Assembly: GCF_022045235.1 (NCBI RefSeq)
Contig: NW_027266330.1
Span: 45,942,001 to 46,006,000 of the forward strand
Origin: Haliotis cracherodii
Lineage: Eukaryota
DNA: 64,000 nucleotides
Direction of reading: 5' to 3'
Shown here: in pieces, positions 13,229-27,600 of the stretch
How the letters are laid out: each line of letters opens with the position of its first letter
Position numbering within the stretch: position 1 is the stretch's first letter
Translations under genes and position numbers: made by a program
Notes under the pieces: generated by a model
What the model was told of the DNA's origin: nothing
What the model saw: only the letters and a program-made list of their open reading frames with translations
The model's database searches: none

Positions 13229-14237
13229 CCCCTTGTGTTTATGGATCTGTGACCTTTGTACAATGACGTTTGTATTGAATTGACAGTGGTAAGATGATAC
13301 TGCATGTGCAATTACTAAGTTTAAAGTGGAGACTTCCGAATTTCAAATTTGAAATGTACTTAATCATTGTTCTGAACCCATACCACTCAGTGTGTATCTT
13401 CACACACACCAAAGAGTTCGCGTTTATTTTTTAAATAATGGACTGGTGATATGGTGATGAATACCGCGTGTTTGAGTGGAGAGCGATGTTACCTTTAGAC
13501 CTGCGTTGAATCAAGTGCCATCAAATGTTTCCTGGAGATATGATGGTGCGAAAGTGCATTCCGACCACAGTACAAAATCCCATAATTGTAGGCAGTGTGA
13601 GTCTATGAAGATTTTCTTCCGCCAAATAAGTTAATGAAAAGTCATCGACAACAGGAGACAAAAAGCATATTTGAATTAAAAGTTTGACATTGACTGATAG
13701 TAATATTGTCAGATACACTTGGGAGTACTTTTAAATCACTTAAAGTTTGGACGTATATACAGTCAGTCTTGGACTTCCATAGTTGACATTCGTGGTCGCA
13801 TTCACATTTAAACGACTAACAAATCTGACAAAATTGTTCAGTAAATAATAATACGATCATTAGAAATATGTCGTGTTGTTGTTAGTTTATAAAAGTTCTA
13901 CTGGTTTTCGCTCTCAGCAGGGCAATTTAGCATCCGCGTGGGGTGAAGAAAAGTGGGTTTATTTTGATTGTGAACGAGATAATTTCCCCAAACGCAACTC
14001 TAAATTGTTTCACATACACAGTTGAGATTGCGACGTTTACAGAGTTATATTTAAACACATGTGTATTACGTAGCTTAACATCAGTGTCAGAACTGAATTA
14101 ATGGCCCTCCCGTGGCTGGAGTGATTGGCCACCGGAAGTGGATGGCGATCCCTCGTGGCACTGTACCGGCGGATACTACAGCTCCCTGCGCTGGAGCGGG
14201 TGAGTCATGTATCTATAGTGTCATACAGACCCTGAAA

Positions 14238-14412
14238 CAGTAAACTACGTTTATAACGAACACGCTTATAACGAACTGACCTATATAACGAACTTATTTT
14301 GTAGTCCCGGACATTTGTTGTAATCATGTTGTAGATATGCTTATAACGAACTACGGTTTTTACGAACTAAAATTAGTGGTCCCTTTGAGTTCGTTATAAC
14401 CGTAGTTTACTG
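14238..14412. mobile_element. Tc1/mariner(pogo)-type MITE, copy 1
   Basis: TIR CAGTAAACTACG(T/G)TTATAACGAAC, internal repeats of TATAACGAAC, TA at the right flank. Confidence 0.82.
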
Positions 14413-15134
14413 TATATCCAATACAGCCCGTGCAAGTCTATATTAATGATCAAGTCTAGACAACTGAGGTTTCAGGAAAATGAAGAGAGTCTCTGGGCTT
14501 CTTTTTATTATGTTTTATTAAGATAATTTAACAGTCTTTTTATATAAAATATGTTCATTTCAGAGACTAAGTGTTAGTCTAGGACAATGTATCTGCACAA
14601 CACGAACACGATAGCATGTTTGCAGAGATCATCCCCCAATTGCACAAGAAAACATCGAAGTTCCCATCTAAGGGTCGACCGTCAAATGAATGTAATTAAA
14701 TGTACTTTAATGTTACATTACTCTCACAACTGACCAACACTAGTGAAGGTATAGTGCAGAGATGTACACCACCCCGATATCGGTATATGGTCACGCAGAT
14801 ATGTTAGTACAATGGATTTCTCAGAGATGCAGTGCGTCCATTCCTAGGTTGAGGTTAATGGTTTGAGCAGATAGTGTGAGCCTTATACACCGGACTGACA
14901 TGTTTTAGCAACCCACGACTTCGATTAGGACAGTGTCGTAATTTGTGACCGAACCAAATACTATTCACAGATCGGGGTTCGAATCCCATATTCGTCCCGA
15001 TTATGACCCTTGGTTTGTCAGTTCCTTTGCCATGTTTTTTAAACCAAAGCTGTAAATGGTTACAACCTAACGCTTGTGTTTCACTCGACATTAAGGTGAC
15101 ACGACGTATCCCCCAGTAGAGGTTGCACACACAG

Positions 15135-17500
15135 GTTGTCACACACTGTCTACGTTGAGCCACGTCACACCTCACTGACCACATTACACATACGTCACAC
15201 ACTGTCTACATGTAGTCCACGTCACACGTCACTGACCACATTACACATACGTCACACACTGTCAACATGTAGTCCACGTCACACGTCACTGACCACATTA
15301 CACATACGTCACACACTGTCAACATGTAGTCCACGTCACACGTCACTGACCACATTACACATACGTCACACACTGTCTACATGTAGTCCACGTCACACCT
15401 CACTGACCACATTACACATACGTCACACACTGTCTACATGTAGTCCACGTCGCGCCTCACTGACCACATTACACATACGTCACACACTGTCTACATGTAG
15501 TCCACGTCACACCTCACTGACCACATTACACATACGTCACACACTGTCTACATGTAGTCCACGTCACACGTCACTGACCACATTACACATACGTCACACT
15601 CTGTCTACATGTAGTCCACGTCGCGCCTCACTGACCACATTACACAAACGTCACACACTGTCTACATGTAGTCCACGTCACACCTCACTGACCACATTAC
15701 ACATACGTCACACACTGTCTACGTGTAGTCCACGTCACACCTCACTGACTACAGTACATAACAGTCACACACTGTCTACGTGTAGACCATGTCACACCTC
15801 ACTGACTACAGTACACAATAGTCATACACTGTCTGCATGTAGATCACGTCACACTTCACAGACTACATTACATAATAGTCATACATTGTTTGCATGTAGA
15901 CCATGTCACACCTCACTGACTACATTATATAATAGTCAATGACATACACTGTCTGCATGTAGACCACGTCACACGTCACCTTCGACATTCCACATACGTC
16001 ACACAGTACTAGTGTCTGCATGTAGACCACGTAACACGTCACTGACTACATTCCACATACGTCACACAGTACCAGCGTCTGCATGCAGACCACGTAACAC
16101 GTCACTGACTACATTCCACATACGTCACACAGTACTAGTGTCTGCATGTAGACCACGTCACACGTCACTGACTACATTCCACATACGTCACACAGTACTA
16201 GTGTCTGCGTGTAGACCACGTCACACGTCACTGACTACATTACACATACGTCACACAGTACCAGCGTCTGCATGCAGACCACGTAACACGTCACCGACTA
16301 CATTCTGCATACGTCACACAGTACTAGTGTATGCATGTAGACCACGTCATACGTCACCGACTACAGTACACATACGTCACACAGAACGAGTGTCTGCATT
16401 TAGACTACATTCCACATACGTCACACATTCCTAGCGTCTGCATGTAGACCACGTCACACGTCACCTACTACATTCCACATACGTCACACAGTACTAGTGT
16501 CTGCATGTAGACTACATTCCACATAGGTCACACAGTACTAGTGTCTGCATGTAGACCACGTCACTGACTACATTCCACATACGTCACACAGTACTAGTGT
16601 CTGCATGCAGACCACGTCACACGTCACCTACTACATTCCACATACGTCACACAGTACTAGTGTCTACCTGTAGACCACGTCACACGTCACTGACTACATT
16701 ACACATACGTCACACAGTACTAGCGTCTGCATGTAGACCACGTCACACGTCACTGACTATATTCCACATACGTCACACAGTACTAGTGTCTATCCTGTAG
16801 ACCACGTCACACGTCACTGACTACATTCCACATACGTCACACAGTACTAGTGTCTGCATGTAGACCACGTCACACGTCACCTTCGACATTCAACATACGT
16901 CACACAGTACTAGTGTCTACATGTAGACCACGTCACACGTCACCGACTACATTACACATACGTCACACAGTACTAGCGTCTACATGTAGACCACGTCACA
17001 CGTCACCTACTACATTCCACATACGTCACACAGTACTAGTGTCTGCATGTAGACCACGTCATACGTCACCGACTACATTCCGCATACGTCACACAGTACT
17101 AGTGTCTGCATGTAGACTACATTCCACATAGGTCAAACTGTACTAGTGTCTGCAAGTAGACCACGTCACACGTCACCTACTACATTCCACATACGTCACA
17201 CAGTACTAGTGTCTACCTGTAGACCACGTCATACGTCACTGACTACATTCCACATACGTCACACAGTACTAGTGTCTACCTGTAGACCACGCCACACGTC
17301 ACCGTCTACATTCCACATACGTCATACACTGTCAACATGCAGTCAACAGTACATCTAAGTCGAAAAGTGTCTACATGTTACCACGTCACACCTCGCTGAC
17401 AACAGTACATATAAGAGTTTGTGACCACGTCACGCCTCACTGACTACACTGTCCAGGAGGGTCAGTGTCTACATGTAGACCACGTCACACGTCACTGATT
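15135..17500. repeat. 57-bp minisatellite grading into a 63-bp derivative
   Basis: 19-aa then 21-aa periodicity in the ORF track, with a 6-nt insertion from about 16000. Confidence 0.95.
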
Positions 17501-17619
17501 AATTTATCCAGCAGAGTCAGACAGTATCTCGAAGTAGAGCAGTGGCTGCGTCTGCCTATAGACAGGATCAATACTCCAGGTCAGTGCACCGAGGCCCGTG
17601 TCTACCTGCCTGACCGAGC

Positions 17620-20600
17620 TCCAGTGCCAGCTTCCATCTACCAGCTTAAATGTTCCTGCTTCCATCTACCAGCTTCTACCTTCCAGCTTCTATCCACCAG
17701 CTTCCATCTCCCAGCTTCCATCTTCCAGCTTCTATCTTCCAGTTTCCACCTACCAGCTTCTATCTACTAGCTTCTATCTACCAACTTCTATCTACCAGCT
17801 TCTATCTACCAGCTTCTATCTACCAGCTTCCATCTCCCAGCTTCCATCTTCCAGCTTCCATCTTAGAGCTTCTGTCTTCCAGCTTCTGTCTTCCAGCTTC
17901 TATCTTCAAGCTTCTATCCACCAGCTTCTATCTCCTAGCTCCGCTCTTCCAGCTTCTATCTCCCAGCTTCTATCTCCCAGCTTCTATCTACCAGCTTCTA
18001 TCTACCAGCTTCTATCTCCCAGCTTCTATCTACCAGCTTCTATCTACCAGCTTCTATCTACAAGCTTCTATCTCCCAGCTTCTATCTTCGAGCTTCTATC
18101 TACCAGCTTCCATCTCCCATCTTCCAGCTTCTATCTACCAGCTTCTATCTACCAGCTTCCATCTACCAGCTTCTATCTACCAGCTTCTATCTCCAAGCTT
18201 CTATATACCAGCTTCTATCTACCAGCTTCTATCTACCAGCTTCCATCTTCCAGTTTCTATCTTCCAGCTTCTATCTACAAGCTTCTATCTCCAAGCTTCT
18301 ATCTTCGAGCTTCTATCTACCAGCTTCTATCTACCAGCTTCCATCTCCCATCTTCCAGCTTCTATCTACCAGCTTCTATCTACCAGCTTCCATCTACCAG
18401 CTTCCATCTACCAGCTTCCATCTCCAAAGCTTCTATCTTCCAGCTTCTATCTCCCAGCTTCCATCTCCTAGCTTCCATCTCCCAGCTTCTATCTTCCAGC
18501 TTCTATCTCCCAGCTTCCATCTCCCAGCTTCCAGCTTCTATCTTCCAGCTTCTATCTACCATCTTCGGTCTTCCAGCTTCTGTCTTCCAGCTTGTATTTA
18601 CCAGCTTCTATCTCCCAGCTTCCATCTCCAAAGCTTCTGTCTTCAAGCTTGTATGTACCAGCTCCTATCTCCCAGCTTCCATCTCCCAGCTTCTGTCTTC
18701 CAGCTTCTGTATTCCAGCTTCTATCTTCCAGCTTCTATCTACAAGCTTCTATCTTCCAGCTTCTATCTACCAGCTTCCAGCTTCCAACTTCCAGCTTCCA
18801 GCTTCTATCTTCCACCTTCTATCTACCAGCTTCCATCTTCCAGCTTCCAGCTTCTATCTACAAGCTTCTATCTTCCAGCTTCTATCTACAAGCTTCTATC
18901 TTCCACCTTCTATCTACAAGCTTCTATCTTCCAGCTTCTATCTACCAGCTTCCGACTTCCAGCTCCTATCTTCCATCTTCTATCCACCAGCGTCTATCTC
19001 CCAGCTTCCATCTCCCAGCTTCCAGCTTCTATCTTCCAGCTTCTATCTACCATCTTCTGTCTTCCAGCTTCTGTCTTCCAGCTTGTATCTACCAGCTTCT
19101 ATCTCCCAGCTTCCATCTCCAAAGCTTCTGTCTTCCAGCTTGTATGTACCAGCTCCTATCTCCCAGCTTCCATCTCCCAGCTTCTGTCTTCCAGCTTCTC
19201 TATTCCAGCTTCTATCTTCCAGCTTCTATCTACAAGCTTCTATCTTCCAGCTTCTATCTACCAGCTTCCAGCTTCCAACTTCCATCTTCCAGCTTCTATC
19301 TTCCACCTTCTATCTACCAGCTTCCATCTTCCAGCTTCCAGCTTCTATCTACAAGCTTCTATCTTCCAGCTTCTATCTACAAGCTTCTATCTTCCACCTT
19401 CTATCTACAAGCTTCTATCTTCCAGCTTCTATCTACCAGCTTCCGACTTCCAGCTCCTATCTTCCATCTTCTATCCACCAGCGTCTATCTCCCAGCTTCC
19501 ATCTCCCAGCTTCCAGCTTCTATCTTCCAGCTTCTATCTACCATCTTCTGTCTTCCAGCTTCTGTCTTCCAGCTTGTATCTACCAGCTTCTATCTCCCAG
19601 CTTCCATCTCCAAAGCTTCTGTCTTCCAGCTTGTATGTACCAGCTCCTATCTCCCAGCTTCCATCTCCCAGCTTCTGTCTTCCAGCTTCTCTATTCCAGC
19701 TTCTATCTTCCAGCTTCTATCTACAAGCTTCTATCTTCCAGCTTCTATCTACCAGCTTCCAGCTTCCAACTTCCATCTTCCAGCTTCTATCTTCCACCTT
19801 CTATCTACCAGCTTCCATCTTCCATCTTCCAGCTTCTATCTACAAGCTTCTATCTTCCAGCTTCTATCTACAAGCTTCTATATTCCACCTTCTATCTACA
19901 AGCTTCTATCTTCCAGCTTCTATCTACCAGCTTCCGACTTCCAGCTCCTATCTTCCATCTTCTATCCACCAGCGTCTATCTCCCAGCTTCTATCTCCTAG
20001 CTTCCATCTTCCAGCTTCCAGCTTCTATCTTCCACAATCCATCTTCCAGCTTCTATCTACCAGCTTCTATCTACCAGCTTCCAGCTTCCCTGCTTCTATC
20101 TTCCACCTTCTATCTACCAGCTTCCAGCTTCCAGCTTCCAGCTTCTATCTTCCAGTTTCTATCCACCAGCGTCTATCTACCAGCTTCTATCTACCAGCTT
20201 CCATCTTCCATCTTCCAGCTTCCAGCTTCTATCTTCCACAATCCAGCTTCCAGCTTCTATCTTCAAGCTTCTATCTACCAGCTTCCATCTTCCTGCTTCT
20301 ATCTTCCAGCTTCCATCTTCCAGCTTCTATCTTCCACCTTCTATCTACCAGCTTCCAGCTTCCAGCTTCCAGCTTCTATCTTCCAGCTTCTATCCACCAG
20401 CGTCTATCTACCAGCTTCTATCTCCAAGCTTCCATCTTCCAGCTTCTATCTTCCACAATCCAGCTTCCAGCTTCTATCTTCAAGCTTCTATGTACCAGCT
20501 TCCATCTTCCTGCTTCTATCTTCCAGCTTCCAGCTTCCAGCTTCTATCTTCCACCTTCTATCTACCAGCTTCCAGCTTCCATCTTCCAGCTTCCGACTTC

Positions 20601-20750
20601 CAGCTTCTATGTATCAGCTTCCGACTTCCAGCTTCTATCTACCAGCATCCAGCTTCCAGGTTCTGTCTTCCAACTTCTATCTTCCTGCTTCTATCTTCCA
20701 CCTTCCATCTTACACCTTCTATCTTACACCGTCTATCTACCAGCTTCCAG
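17620..20750. repeat. 7/14-bp pyrimidine-rich satellite (CCAGCTTCTATCTW) with a 491-bp higher-order repeat
   Basis: Marker TCTCCAAAGCTTCTGTC at 18625, 19116 and 19607. Confidence 0.95.
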
Positions 20751-21639
20751 AGATCAATATCAACCACCTCGTCACGGACACTTATCTCCATTACAATCAA
20801 ACTTTAAAATCCATCTCTGTGGGTTCCAACGAGTTCATATCCAATCAATTGCTATAAAGGGAACAATTAAGTCACTCAAAGCATATTTTATGTCGGTTAA
20901 CCGATAACGACAACTGGATTATACAGGTGCAGGAACAGACATTTTTATCGCATGAAAAAAATCTATACACAGCCGCGGGGTCTAAATGATGCATCTACTT
21001 CCCTGTGCCATGCAACCGTGCTCACGAAAGTAGTGTCTGGTGGTGGAGTGATAGCTTTGTTACAATGTCCCCGTGATCCTGCCTGCATGCCCACCAGGAA
21101 TATAGCCATATACCCCTCACACAGACTGACACCAGTACACAGAGATCGTCAACGATGAGAGCTGGTACCGTTTGAAAATTACGTTCTGCAAAACTTTGTA
21201 AAAACTATATAATATAATATAACTGACCTTGAAGTAATTTGTCATTTCGAATCAGACCAACTGTGCCAACGAATGACAATGCGTCGATCACTTCAATGAC
21301 GTACCCAACAATCGCTCTCTGTTGTGCATTGAGCGTTTGCATTTTACGTCATGACAGTCCCGTAAAGCAAGAGGGTGTCTTGTGTGGAGTACTTATTGAC
21401 AAACGTGGTGATGAACGTTTCAGATGAAACAACACTGAATACGTGAAATATTCCTTAAGGTGACAGGAACAAACAGGGAGTGATGCGAAAACAATGATGG
21501 AATTCAGGTTGTAGGTAGCTTAAGAGTCTCACATTTTGTCCTTGTTTATATATTGAGCAGCATGACTGAATATATAATACAGTTCACATATTCCGTCCAT
21601 ATTTTCAAAATGGTCATGCAGCCACAATATGGACGGTTG

Positions 21640-24610
21640 ATAAAGACAGTCCGGATACAGCCAGAATATAGACCGTCCGGATACAGCCAGAATATAGACA
21701 GTCAGGATACAGTACCAATTGAAACAGTCTGGATTCAGTCAGAATACAGACAGTCCGGAAACCGTAGCAATGGAGACAGTCCGGAGTGTCAGAATAAAGA
21801 CTGTCAGGATACAGACGGTCAGGATACAGACAGAATACAGACGGTCAGGATACAGGCAGAATACAGACGGTCAGGATACAGCCAGAATACAGACGGTCAG
21901 GATACAGCCAGAATACAGACGGTCAGGATACAGGCAGAATACAGACTGTCAGGATACAGGCAGAATACAGACGGTCAGAATACAGCCAGAATACAGACGG
22001 TCAGGATACAGGCAGAATACAGACGGTCAGGATACAGACGGTCAGGATACAGGCAGAATACAGACGGTCAGGATACAGACGGTCAGGATACAGCCAGAAT
22101 ACAGACGGTCAGAATACAGCCAGAATACAGACGGTCAGGATACAGGCAGAATACAGACGGTCAGGATACAGACGGTCAGGATACAGGCAGAATACAGACG
22201 GTCAGGATACAGACGGTCAGGATACAGGCAGAATACAGACGGTCAGAATACAGCCAGAATACAGACGGTCAGGATACAGCCAGAATACAGACGGTCAGGA
22301 TACAGGCAGAATACAGACGGTCAGGATACAGGCAGAATACAGACGGTCAGGATACAGCCAGAAGACAGACGGTCAGGATACAGCCAGAATACAGACGGTC
22401 AGGATACAGACGGTCAGGATACAGGCAGAAGACAGACGGTCAGGATACAGACAGAAGACAGACGGTCAGGATACAACCAGAAGACAGACGGTCAGGATAC
22501 AGACGGTCAGGATACAGACAGAAGACAGACGGTCAGGATACAACCAGAAGACAGACGGTCAGGATACAGCCAGAATACAGACGGTCAGGATACAGCCAGA
22601 AGACAGACGGTCAGGATACAGACGGTCAGGATACAACCAGAATACAGACGGTCAGGATACAGACAGAAGACAGACGGTCAGGATACAGACGGTCAGGATA
22701 CAACCAGAATACAGACAGTCAGGATACAGACAGAAGACAGACGGTCAGGATACAGACGGTCAGGATACAACCAGAATACAGACGGTCAGGATACAGCCAG
22801 AATACAGACGGTCGGGATACAACCAGAAGACAGACGGTCAGGATACAGACGGTCAGGATACAGACAGAAGACAGACGGTCAGGATACAACCAGAAGACAG
22901 ACGGTCAGGATACAGACGGTCAGGATACAACCAGAAGACAGACGGTCGGGATACAGACAGAATACAGACGGTCAGGATACAGCCAGAATACAGACGGTCG
23001 GGATACCACCAGTAGACAGACGGTCGGGATACAGACAGAAGACAGACGGTCGGGATACAGACAGAATACAGACGGTCGGGATACAGACAGAATACAGACG
23101 GTCGGGATACAGACAGAAGACAGACGGTCAGGATACAGACGGTCAGGATACAACCGGAAGACAGACGGTCAGGATACAACCAGAAGACAGACGGTCGGGA
23201 TACAAACAGAATACAGACGGTCGGGATACAGACAGAATACAGACGGTCGGGATACAGACAGAAGACAGACGGTTAGGATACAGACAGAAGACAGACGGTC
23301 AGGATACAGACGGTCAGGATACAACCAGAAGACAGACGGTCGGGATACAGACAGAATACAGACGGTTGGGATACACTCAGAATACAGACGGTCGGGATAC
23401 AGACAGAATACAGACGGTTGGGATACAACCAGAAGACAGACGGTTAGGATACAACCAGAAGACAAATTCAGAATAAAGACAGTCCGGACACAGACAGTCC
23501 GGACACAGACAGTCCGGACATAATCAGAAGACAGACATTTGGTTGTACAACCAGAATACAGACAGTCAGGATACAGACAGTCCCGACACAGCCCGAATAC
23601 AGACAGTCCGGACACCGTAGCAATGGAGACAGTCCGGAGTGTCAGAATAAAGACTGTCAGAATACAAGCCAGAATACAGACGGTCGGGATACAGACAGAA
23701 GACAGACGGTCAGGATACAGTCAGAATACAGACGGTCGGGATACAGACAGAAGACAGACGGTCAGGATACAGACGGTCAGGATACAACCAGAAGACAGAC
23801 GGTCAGGATACAACCAGAAGACAGACGGTCAGGATACAGACGGTCAGGATACAACCAGAATACAGACGGTCAGGATACAGACAGAAGACAGACGGTCAGG
23901 ATACAGACGGTTAGGATACAACCAGAAGACAGACGGTCGGGATACAGACATAATACAGACGGTCAGGATACATCCAGAATACAGACGGTCGGGATACAAC
24001 CAGAAGACAGACGGTCAGGATACAACCAGAAGACAGACGGTCAGGATACAACCAGAAGACAGACTGTCAGGATACAACCAGAATACAGACGGTCAGGATA
24101 CAACCAGAAGACAGACGGTCGGGATACAGACAGAATACAGACGGTCGGGATACAGACAGAATACAGACGGTCAGGATACAGACAGAAGACAGACGGCCAG
24201 GATACAGACGGTCAGGATACAACCAGAAGACAGACGGTCGGGATACAACCAGAAGACAGACTGTCGGGATACAGACAGAATACAGACGGTTGGGATACAG
24301 ACAGAATACAGACGGTCGGGATACAGACAGAATACAGACGGTCAGGATACAGACAGAATACAGACGGTTGGGATACAACCAGAAGACAGACGGTTAGGAT
24401 ACAACCAGAAGACAAATTCAGAATAAAGACAGTCCGGACACAGACAGTCCGGACACAGACAGTCCGGACATAATCAGAAGACAGACATTTGGTTGTACAA
24501 CCAGAATACAGACAGTCAGGATACAGACAGTCCCGACACAGCCCGAAAATAGACAGTCCGGACATAATCAGAACACAGACATTTGGTTTACAGTCAGAAT
24601 ACAGACAGAC
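21640..24610. repeat. ACAGACGGTCAGGAT-based compound satellite with block duplications
   Basis: Mixed short and long units. Diverged block duplicated 950 bp apart (23539 vs 24489). The GTAGCAATGGAGACAG marker occurs near 21764 and 23617. Confidence 0.95.
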
Positions 24611-27600
24611 CCATGCATCATCTCACACAAGTAGGCACAGAAGAGCGCACAGCTATCATTTGCGTGCGCCAAAGACATATATAGACATACATACGTCTTT
24701 GTGTGAGCATAATTGACAGTGTAAAAAAAAACCCAACACGACACACATCGATCTATTTTTTTGTAAGGCAGATGAAACCATTCTCTTTCTGTCTCATCCT
24801 AGACATGGCGATTGATTGTTCGTCCTGCTGAGCCATGGCCGTGCCGTGATACACTGAGTGCGCATGCGTGCACTTGACGTTAAATAGCGTGACGGACTTG
24901 CTGATCGATCTCGTGCAGCACGTGCACTAAGATACCGTAGAGGAGGTACTAATCCCAGTTTGCAGGTCGTGTGAGTGGACTTGACGATGCCTGACGGGAG
25001 ACAAAAGATAACAACACCGTCAGTTTGCAATATGCATGGGATGTCGCGTTAATGATACCGTATGAAGTGTCTGATCATGACGGTAAGACTCGCAGCGTAC
25101 GTTTGGTGTGTCAACCATGACAATCTCATAGAAAGGGACTTTGTTAAGCAAGTGCAGCCGAAGGCCACAAAGACATCTTGACAAAATAGAGCGACAAAAG
25201 ATCTGACGGGAAGTCTTGATATTTGATTGATTTGAATCTTGTCGATTAGAAAATTGATGAACCTTTAACGACGCAATGACTATTCCGTTATGTGCTCAAT
25301 GATTTCGCCCACAAAGCAATTAACGCTACTCTGTTTTTATAACCGACAATCACATAAACATACGTAGTCACCTGTCATGTCTCTTAAGGGGCCAGGACGT
25401 CATTAGATAGGTCTTAATTTAAAGCACCTGTTGCACAGAGTGAGTTTTCAGCCTGAATCAGGACTGTCGAGTTGTTCCATACTCAAAATCCATTATGTAC
25501 AATTCTATCATACCCCAAGTGACAAATACAGAGTAGAGTCATTTATTAATTTAAACGCTTTAGACATGACAAAAACACACCCCTTATCAATGTAACGAAT
25601 TCGAGTATATACTAGAATCTCACCAGTCTATTAATATCAAAACTTGAAAACATGTTGCAAAACTGCGAGGCTTCATATAAAATAAACAAGGGCGAGATTT
25701 TATCAAATCAAAATTATTCTTAATCATTTATCACGATAAGAATATTTTGTATTTGGCATTTAGGTAATGTTGAGGGCATCTTAAAATTGTTAAGTGTAAG
25801 AAAATATTGACGTGCCTGTTTTAAATTCAAAAGAAACTTTCATGGTCGTTTACATGCAAAAATCTTTATGAGAATACTAATGCGTTGCAGATGCTTGTGA
25901 TCATACTAAAAAACATCAACTCCAACAACATCGCCTTCTCTTGTATAGGTATAAAATGTAACTCGATTAAGCTATGACTTGTTGTGAAACACGGTTGGCA
26001 TCGTGTAGGAGAGACTACATTCCTGCATATCATGACACTAACCCAGATTCCTCAAGGCCAAAGATGCATCTATTCAGACGGTTATCTCGTCTTACTGTTA
26101 AGGTAAACTTAAGGAAAAATGGATTTTAAATAAATTGTTGTCATAATTAGAATATCTTTGGTTAGATTTGAACATTGATACCTCACGCTGACCAGAAAAT
26201 GATCAGGAAATTGATCAGGACACCAATCAATACTTAGAAACATATCTATCCAAACGAAACAGTGGAGTCTTCAGAACAGACTTGTGTAATACACCTTCAG
26301 TGTCGTGCTGGCCCAAGCATGCATGGACGACGGGTGTGACAGAAGCCGTGCCTCTGAGAATAACAAAAGAGAAGATTCTTTATTTTCTTCTCCAAAAATT
26401 GTATTTATTAATTACACAATGCGTTATGTTATACACAAAAACGCACAGTATATATATATATATATATATATTTCTTGACGTTACAGACATTCGCCATATT
26501 TGACCAGGCCTTGACTATTTAAGTAACTCCCCGCCATTGTCGTTGTTCCGTTTCTCATTAAGCCATCAACATCATCCATGTGATAGTTGTAATGCTACAA
26601 CATCCATCACTGGTGCATCTCAATGCCATACTTCCGTCATGAGCAGGGAACAGCGAGGTAATCAAGGGGATTAACAAAAGGAGGATGAATTATGGATGAA
26701 ACACAGGCACGTATGTATCGTCTGCTCTGAGAGGGGTCAGCCACCGGAAGTGGTGGTCAAAATAGCGACAGGAAGCAAGTTACTTGTCAATAATTGGATG
26801 ATAATTGTTTACTGATTATTCTATATGATTATAGAGCTATTATAATAATTGTGATATTTTGATTTGGTAATGTAATTTCATCTTGATTTGTACACACCAA
26901 ATGCTAGGCTTTTTCCAAACCAGTAATCTTTATTTTAGGCGTTTTCAAACATCCAGCATACCCAGACTATTCAATACATCAGCCCGGCTACTCACAGCTC
27001 TGTAACACTATCATACAAGTTCACGTAATAAAAGTGATATTAAAAGAAAATAATAAATTGTCCTGCTCATTTGTCTCCAAGCAAGAGATGCTCGAGATCC
27101 AAGATGCAACCAGGGAACAAAACCTTTCATTGTGTCATGTAGAGATGATGTAGATAGATTACATTTCAGTTGTATTGTAGATCGTTGGCCCGTGACATAA
27201 ATGTGACTGTGTGATTATTGGAGTTCGAGGGTCATAACACACGCATAGCTTTAACAATGTACATAGCTAAATGCTTTCCAGTGAATACATTTGAAGATGA
27301 CATTAATCTGTATCCTAGGTAGGAGAAGCTCACTGCAGCCAGACATGTTGCTACTATTGTAAAGCTGTCTGTAACGTTAATGCCCCTGGAGTGGAAAAAT
27401 CGAAGTTGTGAGCAAAGATACACATCCTCGGGATAGAACTGCTATCAGCCAGATCCAATTTTTCCGTTGGTTTTACTTGGGTGTACATTCCTGTTCAGTC
27501 CAGTCAGCCCCTTTGTGTATCGGATTCCCGTTTTAGTCCACTCCTACCCCTCCCTACCTAGGGGGCTGGGGACCTATTCATCACGATACTTCCAACGGGA

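Noticed and set aside
11479-17358. His-rich repetitive ORFs in the 45-, 57- and 63-bp arrays
   Set aside because: In-frame unit lengths make ORFs inevitable. No unique flanking coding sequence or splice context was found.
17598-20907. ORFs of 734-800 aa in all three + frames (LPASIFQLLS repeats)
   Set aside because: The pyrimidine-rich 14-bp satellite rarely forms stop codons on this strand. All frames are open with the same peptide, with no coding signature.
21553-24716. 656/585/295-aa ORFs (RRSGYRQNTDGQDT repeats)
   Set aside because: Translations of a compound satellite whose units are not multiples of three, so the frames cycle through the same peptides.
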